Shown in pieces: positions 23,664 through 35,871 of a stretch of 64,000 nucleotides of DNA. Made by a program: the position numbers and the translations under genes. The stretch is from assembly GCA_963773065.1 (NCBI GenBank), contig CAVYZN010000008.1, positions 192,001 through 256,000 on the forward strand. The letters are read 5' to 3'. The stretch comes from an uncultured Gammaproteobacteria bacterium. GTDB lineage: Bacteria; Pseudomonadota; Gammaproteobacteria; UBA9214. Each line of letters opens with the position of its first letter. The first letter of the stretch is position 1. The notes below the pieces were generated by a model. The model saw nothing but the letters and a program-made list of their open reading frames with translations, ran no database searches and was not told the DNA's origin.

Positions 23664-23753
23664 GAGATCATTCTCCTGGCCGGGGGCGATAAGAGCACCC
23701 AAGCCAAGGACATCAAAGCCGCCTTGCGCCTCGCACGTAACCTTACGGGGTAG
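23664..23753 (+). pseudogene. C-terminal fragment of an addiction-module killer (RelE/HigB-like) toxin
   Basis: EIILLAGGDKSTQAKDIKAALRLARNLTG*, directly abutting the TIR. Confidence 0.75.
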
Positions 23754-23758
23754 CCACG

Positions 23759-24058
23759 ATGGGCAAAACCGCTACCACTCGCTATGACGTTGCTGAACAC
23801 CTCAGAACTCCGGAGGAAATGGCCGCATACCTCGAAGCCTGCCTTGAAGAGGCGGACGGGGATGCCGCGTTCATCGCCAAGGCGCTGGGCGACATCGCTC
23901 GTGCCAAAGGCATGGCGCAGGTCGCGCGAGATGCCGGGCTGTCACGCGAAAGCCTATACAAGGCACTTTCCGGCGAACGCAGCCCTGACTTCGACACCAT
24001 CCTCAAAGTCGTCGGAGCACTGGGGCTGAAGTTGCACGCAGAAGCCAGACATCGCTGA
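23759..24058 (+). CDS. Addiction-module antidote protein, copy 2
   Basis: Near-identical to 20195-20494 (5 aa differences). Confidence 0.9.
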   Translation: MGKTATTRYDVAEHLRTPEEMAAYLEACLEEADGDAAFIAKALGDIARAKGMAQVARDAGLSRESLYKALSGERSPDFDTILKVVGALGLKLHAEARHR

Positions 24059-24080
24059 CCAGGGGTGCCCAGCCACCGTC

Positions 24081-24118
24081 ACCCGGATGCGGCGGCCTGG
24101 CGGCCTTATCCGGGCTAC
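24081..24118 (-). repeat. GTAG-type REP palindrome overlapping the stop codon of the GT-like gene
   Basis: Minus strand GTAGCCCGGATAAGGCCGCCAGGCCGCCGCATCCGGGT. Confidence 0.72.
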
Positions 24119-25202
24119 GTCAACCGAGCGAGCAGGAGGTCGGCGGCCTGGGCGATGCCGGAGGGCGCGGGAATATCGGCCGGCGGCGGTTGTGACCAGA
24201 GCGTCTCCAGCGCGGCGGCGAAGGCGCCGCGCTGGAATTCGGCGGGCGTGATCTCCGCGAGTGCGACCATGGGTACGCGCCCAGGCAATGAGGTGCGGCG
24301 TCTCCGGCCAGTCGGGGCGCGCCAGCGTGAGGATGGGCGTGCCGTTGCACACCGCCTCGGCGTAGGTGCCGTAGCCGGGCTTGGTGAGCACGGCGTCACT
24401 GGAAGCCAGCAGGTCGATGAACGGCAGCGGCAACCGGGTGAAATCCACGAAGTCATCGCGATCACCCGCCGGTGCCCGGTCGAACAGCCAGACGACGTTC
24501 CCGAGGCGCGGCCAGTTGGCGAGCGGCAGAGGGCTGTCGATCCCGCCGAGCGCCACCAGGACGAGACGGGTGTCGGCGGAACGTTGCATGCGGGCGAGGA
24601 TTTCCTCGCGGCGGATCTCACCCACGCGGGCGATCGGGCCGATGGCGTGGACGTTGTCCAGCTCCGGCATGGGCAGCGCGGGCGCCGGGGTGAGAAACCT
24701 GTCCGCCGCGGCGTAGCCGGAGTACATCTGCGCCCGGATCGCGGCGCCGTCAGCATCGCCACCGCAGTAGGCGGCGTGGATCGCGGCCCAGTTGAGCGAG
24801 CCCAGCGCCACGGCCGGAATGCCCGCCAGCCGCGCGGCGAGCAGCAGCCGGTAGGGGATGTTGGCGAGCAGCAGATCGGGCTTGATGTCCCGCAGCCGTT
24901 CGACCTCGCGCCGCACGCCCGCCTCCCAGTCGCGGTGAAATTCCCGCCAGGCCACGGCAGGTGGCGGGTACGTCCACCTGCCACGCCGAATGCATGCGCA
25001 TCACCGCATCGGTCTCGGCCGCGAAGTGGGTGAATTCACCGGCGAGCCGCGAGGAGAGCACGGCGCGCGGCAGGTCGCTCAGCACCGTCAGGCGGAGATC
25101 GGGCCGCAGTTCCCGCAGGCGGTTGACGACCGGCGCGCATTGCGCCAGATGGCCGTAGCCATGGCCGGTCACGGCCAGCAGCAGGTGCGGTGCGCGGCCC
25201 AT
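24115..25202 (-). CDS. GT-B-fold glycosyltransferase-like protein (two frameshifts)
   Basis: GHGYGH, LVALGG, DAVLTKPGYGTYAEA, RPDWPE. Confidence 0.75.
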
Positions 25203-26217
25203 CGCGGCCGGCTTCCGGCAGCAGGCGCTCCATCAGGTAGCCGAGGCAGTCCTGGCGGATGATCTTCTCATCCAGGGTGAACATGGACGGCATGAAGGCG
25301 CAGTTGCTCAGCAGGGTCTCGCGCTCGATGCGGAAGTAACGGTCATAAACGTCGCGGCCGTGTTCGTCGCTGACATCGAGCCGCAGCGCCGCCCCGTCGC
25401 GCACCCAGCCGAGCACGGTGTGCGCGGGCAGCTCGCGGAAATTGAGGTGGTCGATGCCCTCGACCAGGCGCAGATCGACGCCCGCCGCCTCGAAGCCGAA
25501 GCTGACCTGCTCCGGGATCTTCACCGTCGCGACGGTGTGGTACAGATCCACGTCGTGCGAGGACACGGGATGCGACGGGATCTCGTGCAGGTGCAGGCAG
25601 GCTTCGAGAAAATCGCGGGCATGCTCCACGCCGTGTTCCTGGCCCGGCTTGCCGCACTCGATGGTGAGCGCCGGGCACACCTCGGACATCGCCATGGCCT
25701 GCACGCCGAGCGGGCGGATGAAATACACCACCGTGCGGCTGAACAGCGCGGCCAGATGCAGGAAGCGGTTGTCGATGCGGTTGATGCAGGCGTAATGCGG
25801 GTTGATGCCGGTGTTGTTGTGCACGTCGATGCTGGCGAAGGCGCGCCGCGCGCGCAGGCAATCGACCAGCCGCCGCATCATGCGCACCTCGGGTAACTCC
25901 GGACTCGCGGTGCCCGGCCAGATGCGGTTGTAGTCGGGCTGGCCGTTAAGGCGCCGCTGCCCGGTGCGTGCGGCGCTCACGTTGCCGATAAACAGCGACA
26001 GCGCGCGGGGCAGCTCCTTCGACCGGTAGGCGCGCAGCAACGCCTGCACGGCATGGAAGCCGGTGCCCTCGTTGCCGTGCAGCAGCACACTGACGAACAG
26101 CGGCTCCGGCAGCCGGCCCGGCAAATGGATCAGCGTGGGTCCGCCGAGGAGATCGTGGAGTTCCTCCACGCGGGCCTCGAGCAGACCTTCAGGCAGGGTT
26201 TCGGTTTCGTTCAGCAT
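25036..26217 (-). CDS. M14/succinylglutamate desuccinylase-aspartoacylase family metallopeptidase (true end probably near 25200)
   Basis: LLHGNE, DYNRIW, DVHNN, TIECG; C-terminal QDCLGYLMER. Confidence 0.85.
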   Translation of the reverse strand: MLNETETLPEGLLEARVEELHDLLGGPTLIHLPGRLPEPLFVSVLLHGNEGTGFHAVQALLRAYRSKELPRALSLFIGNVSAARTGQRRLNGQPDYNRIWPGTASPELPEVRMMRRLVDCLRARRAFASIDVHNNTGINPHYACINRIDNRFLHLAALFSRTVVYFIRPLGVQAMAMSEVCPALTIECGKPGQEHGVEHARDFLEACLHLHEIPSHPVSSHDVDLYHTVATVKIPEQVSFGFEAAGVDLRLVEGIDHLNFRELPAHTVLGWVRDGAALRLDVSDEHGRDVYDRYFRIERETLLSNCAFMPSMFTLDEKIIRQDCLGYLMERLLPEAGRDGPRTAPAAGRDRPWLRPSGAMRAGRQPPAGTAARSPPDGAERPAARRALLAARR

Positions 26218-26240
26218 ACGGCGGATGCTATGAATTACGT

Positions 26241-26382
26241 TGACTATGCCTCATGCCGGGTAAGTCCTGTCGTGACCGTCGGCCGCAGGGATGCGGCCGT
26301 CGAGCGTACAGGGACGTATTCACAGCGTGTCACGACAGGATTTACCCGGCATGGGACCTCTCACAGATATGAGGCAAAGTCA
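26241..26382. repeat. Stem-loop repeat with TACAGGGACGTATTCAC core (copy B) plus an outer inverted repeat
   Basis: Arms catgccgggtaagtcctgtcgtgac / gtcacgacaggatttacccggcatg; outer tgactatgcctcat / atgaggcaaagtca. Confidence 0.8.
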
Positions 26383-26441
26383 GTATTTTCCTGAGTAACA
26401 AGCATTCCTCCAGTAGTGAGCGGTTTGACTGGCATTCGCCC

Positions 26442-27884
26442 TCATGCAGCATCGACATCCCATTCATGCACCGGCCGGCCTTCGTGCTGGCGATGGTAAT
26501 AAGCCTCGGTCAGCGCCGCCATGTCCGCGCCGTGCCGGGCGACCCAGGCGCGCTGCCAGTCCGCGCCGGTTGCGGCCCGGCGCGCGCGCGCCTCGATGAT
26601 GCCGAGGTAATGCGTGCTGTCCGCCGCGTCGATTTCGAGCGACGCCAGCCCTTGCCGCGCCAGCGGCAGCAGTTCATCCAGCAGCAGGGCGCGCAGCGGG
26701 CCGCGGCGCGCGTCGGCCCAGGTGACCGGCGCATTCAGGCCGTGCCGGGCGGCGGCGTAGAAGTTGTCGCGCGCCTGCGGAAACGCAATCCGCGCCTCGA
26801 TCGGAGTGTCTTCGTGCATCAGTGCCTGCATCAGGCCGAAGTAGAACGCGGCGTTGGCGATCGCGTCGGCGACCGTCGGCCCGCCCGGCACCACGCGGTG
26901 CTCGATGCGCAGATGCGGGATGCCGTCGTAGTCGAAGCCGATGAGGGGGCGGTTCCAGCGCCAGATGGTGCCGTTGTGCAGGCGCAGGTGCGCCATCTTC
27001 TCCGCGCCCTCGTGGAAGCTCATCGGCAGCAGCACCGGATAGTGCTGCTGGTTCTCGAGGAAACATTCGTACAGGGAGGCGCGCGCATAGCCCGAGCCGA
27101 AGGTCACGCGGCGCAACGGCCCGTGGCTCGCGCCGGCGATGCCGCCCACGGCGACCGCCTGCTCGAACAGCGGGACGCGGGTCTCGTCCCACAGGTCATG
27201 GCCGAACAGGTAGGGGGAGTTCGCCGTCACCGCCACCATGGGCGCCGACAGGACCAGCGCGGCGTTGTAGGCGCGCACCGCGTGGCGGGGATGCACCTTG
27301 AGGTGGAGCTGGAAGGAGGTGGTCGCGGATTCGAGCATGACATCGCCGTGGACGGTCTTCAGGCGTTCCCGGCCCTGGATGTCCAGTTCCAGCGGCCGGC
27401 CCTCGCGCAGCCGCAGCACCTGCTCGTTCAGGGCGCGGTAACGCCTGAGATCCGACATGTTGGCCTGCGTCAGTTCCGCCTCGCGCACCGTCGGCAGGAT
27501 GCCGATCATCAGCAGCCGCGCATCCAACTCCGCCGCGACCCGCCGGCACTTCTCCCAGGTCGCCGCCAGGCTCGCCTCGAACCGGCCGAGCGCCGAACCC
27601 CACAGGTGCTGCGGGTGGTCGTTCAGCTCGACGTTGAAGCGCGCCAGTTCGGGCACCACCATGGGATCGTCGAGCCGCTTGAGAAACGCCTCGTTCACCG
27701 GCGCCGGGCGGGCGGCGGCGTCGATCAGCCAGGCCTCGAGCTCGAACCCGCCCGTGCGATCGCGCGTGGAGAACAGCGCCTCCCGGAACCACTCGCCCAG
27801 CAGTTCGGTCTCCCGGCGCAGGCAGTCGGCGCAGGCCGTGAAATCCGCGCGGGTGAAATGCGTCTGCTCGATTTCCTGTCCCAT
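26442..27884 (-). CDS. Glutamate--cysteine ligase family 2 (GCS2)/COOH-NH2 ligase
   Basis: MGQEI, GFELEAWL, ELARFNVELN, TSFQLHL, ANSPYL, GTIWRWNRP, RIEHR. Confidence 0.88.
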   Translation of the reverse strand: MGQEIEQTHFTRADFTACADCLRRETELLGEWFREALFSTRDRTGGFELEAWLIDAAARPAPVNEAFLKRLDDPMVVPELARFNVELNDHPQHLWGSALGRFEASLAATWEKCRRVAAELDARLLMIGILPTVREAELTQANMSDLRRYRALNEQVLRLREGRPLELDIQGRERLKTVHGDVMLESATTSFQLHLKVHPRHAVRAYNAALVLSAPMVAVTANSPYLFGHDLWDETRVPLFEQAVAVGGIAGASHGPLRRVTFGSGYARASLYECFLENQQHYPVLLPMSFHEGAEKMAHLRLHNGTIWRWNRPLIGFDYDGIPHLRIEHRVVPGGPTVADAIANAAFYFGLMQALMHEDTPIEARIAFPQARDNFYAAARHGLNAPVTWADARRGPLRALLLDELLPLARQGLASLEIDAADSTHYLGIIEARARRAATGADWQRAWVARHGADMAALTEAYYHRQHEGRPVHEWDVDAA

Positions 27885-27889
27885 GACGG

Positions 27890-29639
<1,750 letters not shown>

Positions 29640-29913
29640 GGTGCCGGTCCGCCATGGCCGCGAAGTTTATGCTCGCGGCCGTCCGTGAAACAACGCCGTC
29701 TGTCCGGGCATTGTCACCACCAGCCGCGTGACCAGCGCCCCGAGGGCGGCCGGGGGGACGTGCCGGGTGGCATGCTCCCCGGGCGATACGGGCAATAAAA
29801 CATTTGAACAGGCAGCCATTCTATGCGATTTTACGTGGCGCCCGCCAGCCGCAACCCGCGTGGGAAATCGTGTCAGGGCAGACAAAGCAGAACCCATCAC
29901 CAGGACGTATCCC

Positions 29914-32345
29914 GTGAAGCGCTACCGGCCTTTGCCCATCGTTGCGAGTCTACTGCTGCTCACGGCATTGGCGCCGGCCGCCGGCGCCGTGCAATGGCAA
30001 TGCGGCGCCGGCGAGGACGATACCTGGAGCTGCCGCGATGCCGGCAACGACAGGCCGGACGTCACACCCGCCGCGATCCCCACCGCTCCCGGCGCCGCGC
30101 CACAGGACCAGGAACGACCCCCCGGGCCGCTAACGGCCCAGCCGCCGGCACCGCCGAATCCGGCCGCCGGGACGGCGCCACCGGCGCCCGCCCAGGCAGC
30201 AGCTCCGGTCGATGAACGCTGGAAGCTTTGCCCGCCCGCCACACCCGCGGCCACGGCGACGACGAGCGCCGCCGGCGATGAATCCCTCATCAACCTTTAT
30301 GGCGATACGGCGGAGTCCGTCGAACAGCAGGTCTTTACCCTGCGCGGCAACGCCGTGGTCATTTACGGCCCGAAGCGACTCGATGCGGACACCATCACCT
30401 ACAACCAGAACGACGGTGAGGTCGACGCGCAGGGCAACCTGCACTATGCCGAACCCGGCTTGCTGGTCAACGGGGATCATGCCCAACTGTTCCCCGATGA
30501 AAAACGGGGCACGCTTTACGAGGCTGACTACGAGCTGCCGGACCGTCACGGTCGCGGCCAGGCGGAGGTGGTCCACCTGCTGGACCCCGACCACCGGCAA
30601 CTCGACCAGGCCACGTACACGACCTGCCCGCCGGGCAATACGGACTGGCTATTGTCAGCCCGGCAGGTGGACCTCGACACGGAGGATGGCATGGGCGTCG
30701 CGCACCATGCCACGATGAACCTGAAAGGCGTGCCGGTCCTGTACACACCCTACATCAGCTTCCCGATCGATGACCGCCGCCGCTCCGGTTTTCTGATCCC
30801 GAAATTCGGCGTTTCCCAGGAGACCGGACTCGATACTCAGCGTACCGTATTACTGGAACATCGCGCCCAACTATGACGCGACGCTGATGCCGCGCGTCAT
30901 GAGCAAACGCGGCGTCATGCTGGACACGGAGTTTCGCTACCTGCACCGGAAAGACAGCGGCATGCTGAGGGCCGAGTATCTGCCCTCGGATCCCGAGTAC
31001 GACAACAAGGATCGCAGCCTCGTCTCATTCGAGGACAAGGGCAACCCCCTGCCCCGCCTCACTACACGCATCGACGCCAGCAATGTCTCGGACAAGGACT
31101 ACTTTAAGGACCTGGGGAACACCCTGGTTCAATCGAGCCAGTCCTTCCTGAAGCGGGAGGCGCATACGACTTACCATGGCAACCAGTGGACGCTGGATGC
31201 ACGTGTGCTCAATTTCCAGACCGTCGACCCTACCGTGGCGGTGGTGGATCGGCCCTACATGGAACTGCCCAGGGTGCGCTTCAATGCCGCGCCGGAGCAG
31301 AGGCTGATGGGCCTGCATTTCGGGTTTGATTCCGAAGTGACGCAATTCGAGAAGGACAAGACGGTCACGGGCACCCGTGTCGACATGCTGCCGCAGCTTG
31401 ACCCTGCCGTTCGAGCGCGCGGCCTATTACATCAAGCCCTCGGTCGGATTGCGCCAGACCTTCTATCAGTTGAATGACCAATCGCCCGGCGAACCGAGTA
31501 GCCCGCAACGAACCACGATGGTGGCCGACATCGACTCGGGTATGTATTTTGACCGCGACTTGCGGTGGGGTGATTCAGACTATGTGCAGACGCTGGAGCC
31601 ACGCCTTTACTATCTTTTTGTCCCGAACAGGAAGCAGGATGACATACCGGTATTCGATACCGGCAATTACGACTTCAACTTCTGGCAGTTGTTCCAGGAA
31701 AACCGCTTCAGCGGGCCGGACCGAATGGGGGATGCAAACCAGCTCGCGGCGGCGCTGACGACGCGTGTTCTCGACCCGGCAAGCGGCGTACAGCGGCTGC
31801 GCGCCAGCCTGGGGCAACTGGTTTATTTCCGCAATCTGGAAGTGACCCTGCCCGGCGAACCCGTGGTCTCCGACAACACCTCGGACCTGATCAGCGAATT
31901 CGCCGTGGCCTTTTCCCGGGAGTGGAATGCCGAGACCGATATCCAGTGGGACCCGAGCGCATCACGCACCGATCGGGGTGATGTCCGGCTCCAGTACCGG
32001 CCCGACAAGCGCCAGTTGGTGAATCTCTCCTACCGCTACCGCCGCGACACGCTGAACCAGACGGACGTCTCGCTCCTGTGGCCGCTGGGTAATGCATGGC
32101 ATCTGGTGGGACGCTGGAATTATTCGCTTGACGACAGCACAACTCTGGAGACACTGGCGGGCTTCGGCTACGAGAGCTGCTGCTGGGCGGTCCAACTGGT
32201 CGGGCGCAGCTATGTCAATGACGTGAACGGCGACCGCACCAACGGTGTCTACGTCCAGGTCGAACTCAAGGGACTGACCGGCATCGGCAGCCAGGTCGAT
32301 AACCTGCTCGAACGTGGTATCCTAGGCTACGAATCAAGTTATTAA
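29914..32345 (+). CDS. lptD: LPS assembly protein LptD (frameshifts near 30840 and 31400)
   Basis: YTTCPP, RRSGFL, YWNIAPNYD, QTLEPR, NRFSGPDR, YESCCW. Confidence 0.93.
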
Positions 32346-32357
32346 CGGAAAGCAGGA

Positions 32358-33677
32358 ATGAAGTCGCTAAGCTACGTGATCGGCCTGCTCCTGGCATTCT
32401 CCTTCCAGGTCCTGCAGGCGCAGACGGATGAGGGCCCATCGGCCGGCCGGCAAACACTCAACCAGATCGTGGCGATCGTCAACGATGACGTCATTCTCAG
32501 AAGCGAACTCGATGCCGCCATCAAGGAGATCTCCGCGCAGCTCAAGGAAAAGGATACCCCGCTGCCGCCCCTGTCCGTGCTCGAGAAACAGGTGCTGGAA
32601 AAGCTTATCCTGGAGCATCTGCAACTCCAGCTCGCCGAGGTCAATGGCATCAAGATCGATGACATCACACTCAATAACAAGCTGCAGGAAATTGCCAAGG
32701 GGAATGGCGTATCGCTGACTGATTTTCGCGCCGTCCTCGAGCGTGAAGGTTTCGACTACGGGAATTTCCGTGAAGACATCCGCCATCAGCTTACCATCGC
32801 CCAGTTGCGCCAGCAGATGGTGGGCAGCCGTATCAGCATCAGCGATCAAGAGGTGAACAACCTGCTTGCGAGCATGGAGGCAAACCAACTGGGCAACACC
32901 GAGTACCATCTCGCCCATATTCTGATCGCCACCCCGGAAGCGGCCAGCGCGGAGCAAATACAGGCCGCCCAGCAGCGTGCCGACAGGATAGTGGCGAGTC
33001 TGCGCGCCGGAGCGGATTTCACCCAGACGGCAATCGCGGAATCCGACGCCCCGACGGCGCTTGAGGGCGGCGACATCGGATGGCGCAGTATCGGACAGTT
33101 GCCGAGCCTGTTTGTCGACCCCGTCAAAAAAATGCAGCCGGGTGATATCCATGACCCGATCCGCAGCCCGAGCGGCTTTCATATCATCAAACTCGTCGAG
33201 CAACGCGGCGACGAGCGCCACATCATCAGCCAGACCCACGCACGGCATATCCTGATAAAAACGGATGCCGTACACACGAACGAAGCCGTCAAGTCACGCA
33301 TGGAACAGCTTGAGATACGCCTGCGGGGCGGGGAGGATTTCGCCACACTGGCAAAGTCCAATTCCCAGGACACCCTGTCAGCCGCCAAGGGCGGCGATCT
33401 TGGCTGGGTCAATCCGGGCGACCTGGTTCCAAAATTTGAGGAGGTGATGGACAAGACAGAGCCCGGGCAGATCAGCCAGCCCTTTGAGACGGAATTCGGG
33501 TGGCACATACTGCAGGTCCTGGAGCGGCGCGAGCACGACAGCACCGAGGAATACAAACGCTCCACGGCGAAGCAACTGATCCGCAAGCGCAAGGGTGACG
33601 AAGAGCTGTTCCTCTGGCTGCGCCGACTGCGCGATGAGGCCTATGTCGAGTACCGGCTGGATACCCAGGCGGAATAG
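32358..33677 (+). CDS. surA: Periplasmic chaperone/PPIase SurA
   Basis: IVAIVNDDVIL; two parvulin domains. Confidence 0.95.
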   Translation: MKSLSYVIGLLLAFSFQVLQAQTDEGPSAGRQTLNQIVAIVNDDVILRSELDAAIKEISAQLKEKDTPLPPLSVLEKQVLEKLILEHLQLQLAEVNGIKIDDITLNNKLQEIAKGNGVSLTDFRAVLEREGFDYGNFREDIRHQLTIAQLRQQMVGSRISISDQEVNNLLASMEANQLGNTEYHLAHILIATPEAASAEQIQAAQQRADRIVASLRAGADFTQTAIAESDAPTALEGGDIGWRSIGQLPSLFVDPVKKMQPGDIHDPIRSPSGFHIIKLVEQRGDERHIISQTHARHILIKTDAVHTNEAVKSRMEQLEIRLRGGEDFATLAKSNSQDTLSAAKGGDLGWVNPGDLVPKFEEVMDKTEPGQISQPFETEFGWHILQVLERREHDSTEEYKRSTAKQLIRKRKGDEELFLWLRRLRDEAYVEYRLDTQAE

Positions 33678-33793
33678 CGCATGGCAGTGACGCCGCTTCG
33701 CCCCTGTCGCCGGCCTGACACCCCTCGTACCCGGCACGGGGACATATGAACCTGTACCTGACCCCGGCCATGCCCCGCTGATTCTGTTGCAAA

Positions 33794-34792
33794 TTGCCTG
33801 ATTCGATCCTACGTATTGCCCTGACACCCGGGGAGCCGGCCGGTATCGGGCCGGACCTGTGCCTGCAACTGGCCTCGCAGGCCCGCGATGTCGAGCTGGT
33901 GGCGATCTGCGACCCGTCGCTGCTGCAGGCACGGGCTGAGATCCTGCGCTTGCCCTTCATCTGCCGGGTCCTGCAAGACGGCGCGGATCCGGTGACGACC
34001 CGGGCAGGCGAACTCAGTGTCCTGCCGGTGCCGTTGAAAACGGCCGTGGTCTGCGGCCGGCCTGATCCCGCCAATGCGCGTTACGTGCTCGACACCCTGG
34101 ATCAGGCCGTCAATGGCTGTCTCGATGGCACGTTCGCCGCCATGGTCACCGGTCCGGTCAACAAGGCGGTGATCAACGAGGCCGGCATACCGTTCAGAGG
34201 GCACACGGAATATCTCGCGGCCGCAACCCACACCGCGGATGTCGTCATGCTGCTCGCCACCCCGGGACTGCGTGTCGCGCTGGCCACCACGCACGTCCCC
34301 TTGGCCGAAGTCAGCGCCCGGATTACACCGGAACGACTGACCCGGGTATTGCGCATACTGCATGAGGGATTGCGGATAAATTTCGGCATCGAGCAACCGG
34401 CCATCACCGTCTGCGGCCTGAATCCGCATGCCGGGGAAGGCGGCCACCTGGGCCGGGAGGAAATCGACGTCATCGACCCGGTAGTGCAGGCATTGCGTGC
34501 GCAGGGATTACGTCTCAGCGGACCGATGCCGGCCGATACCGCGTTCACGCCGGAAAAGCTCAGGCAAACCGATGCCGTGCTTGCCATGTATCATGACCAG
34601 GGTCTGCCCGTGCTCAAGCACATGGGTTTTGGGCGGGCTGTCAATATCACCCTGGGGCTGCCGATCATCCGCACCTCGGTCGATCACGGCACCGCGCTGG
34701 AACTGGCCGGCACCGGCAAGGCCGACAGCGGCAGTCTGCAGGCGGCCCTGCAAACCGCCATCGAAATCGCCCGCAGGAGATCCGGGAGTTGA
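33794..34792 (+). CDS. pdxA: 4-hydroxythreonine-4-phosphate dehydrogenase
   Basis: GEPAGIGPD, GHTEY, LNPHAGE, MYHDQG, RTSVDHGT. Confidence 0.95.
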   Translation: MPDSILRIALTPGEPAGIGPDLCLQLASQARDVELVAICDPSLLQARAEILRLPFICRVLQDGADPVTTRAGELSVLPVPLKTAVVCGRPDPANARYVLDTLDQAVNGCLDGTFAAMVTGPVNKAVINEAGIPFRGHTEYLAAATHTADVVMLLATPGLRVALATTHVPLAEVSARITPERLTRVLRILHEGLRINFGIEQPAITVCGLNPHAGEGGHLGREEIDVIDPVVQALRAQGLRLSGPMPADTAFTPEKLRQTDAVLAMYHDQGLPVLKHMGFGRAVNITLGLPIIRTSVDHGTALELAGTGKADSGSLQAALQTAIEIARRRSGS

Positions 34793-34800
34793 TCCGCTAT

Positions 34801-34992
34801 TTCACCGCAGAGACGCGAAGTACGCAAAGAATTTATAAAATCAACGACAACCGTCTGATACCAACATTCCGCTGTTGCATGGTTTGCCATGAATTATTTT
34901 ACTTTTGATTTCTCTGCGTTCTTTCGGCAATTGCTCCATGCATTGTCCTACCTCCTTACTTGTATCCATGCAGTCGTGCGTCTCTGCGGTAA
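34801..34992. repeat. ACCGCAGAGACGC inverted-repeat element, with a 53-bp insert (34925-34977) in the right arm
   Basis: Left arm ttcaccgcagagacgcgaagtacgcaaag; right arm ctctgcgttcttt[insert]gcgtctctgcggtaa. Confidence 0.85.
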
Positions 34993-35016
34993 CTTTACGT
35001 ACGCTGGCCAAGACTT

Positions 35017-35805
35017 ATGTCACACACACCACGCAAGCGTTTTGGACAGCACTTTCTGCATGACCCGGCGATCATCGCCCGCATTGTCGCGGCCATCCAG
35101 CCGCAGGCATCCGGCACGATCGTCGAGATCGGTCCGGGACACGGCGCGATCACCCTGCCATTGCTGCGAATTGCCGGGCGCCTGCAGGTCATCGAACTCG
35201 ACCGGGATCTGATCGCACCATTGCGCGATGAGTGCCGTGAAGCGGGGGAACTGACGATACACAATGCCGATGCCTTGCGCGTTGATTTCTGCCAACTGGC
35301 CGGTGAGGAGTCACCCCTTAGGGTAGTTGGCAACCTGCCCTACAACATATCAACACCGTTGCTGTTTCATCTCCTGTCACAGGCGCGCTGCATCAGCGAC
35401 ATGCACTTCATGCTGCAGAAGGAGGTCGTGGACCGGCTGGCCGCCGCACCGGGTAACGGCCAGTATGGCCGACTCTCCGTCATGATCCAGTACCGGTGCA
35501 GGGTGACCCGCCTGTTCACCATCGGCCCCGGCGCCTTCCAGCCGCCGCCACGCGTTGAATCCGCCTTCGTCAGGCTGGAACCCTACCGGGAATTCCCGGT
35601 TGAAATTCATGATGAAGCCGTGCTGGCGGCGGTGGTGCGGCAAGCCTTCGCGCAACGGCGCAAGACATTACGCAATGCCTTACGGGGGATGTTTGAGGAG
35701 CAGGCTATCAGGGCGTTGGGTATTGATCCGACCCTACGCGCGGAAATGCTAGGGATCAGGGAGTTCGCCGCCCTCGCCAATCACGCCGCCTCCCACCGGC
35801 AGTGA
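35017..35805 (+). CDS. rsmA: 16S rRNA m6(2)A1518/1519 dimethyltransferase
   Basis: KRFGQHFL, EIGPG, GNLPYNIS, MLQKEV. Confidence 0.96.
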   Translation: MSHTPRKRFGQHFLHDPAIIARIVAAIQPQASGTIVEIGPGHGAITLPLLRIAGRLQVIELDRDLIAPLRDECREAGELTIHNADALRVDFCQLAGEESPLRVVGNLPYNISTPLLFHLLSQARCISDMHFMLQKEVVDRLAAAPGNGQYGRLSVMIQYRCRVTRLFTIGPGAFQPPPRVESAFVRLEPYREFPVEIHDEAVLAAVVRQAFAQRRKTLRNALRGMFEEQAIRALGIDPTLRAEMLGIREFAALANHAASHRQ

Positions 35806-35871
35806 ATCTCTGCTCAAGCGGGTGTGGCGTTTCCAGAGAAGACTACAAACGGAGAACCGGTGTGCTCCCGG

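Noticed and set aside
9700-24120. Island as a prophage, ICE or tRNA-integrated element
   Set aside because: No integrase, phage structural, conjugation or tRNA genes are recognisable.
25036-25202. Apparent long overlap or fusion between the M14 peptidase and the GT-like gene
   Set aside because: The extension is low-complexity alternative-frame sequence; more likely a missed stop caused by an indel.
34889-35212. ORF starting in the pdxA-rsmA spacer
   Set aside because: It runs through repeat DNA and overlaps rsmA out of frame.
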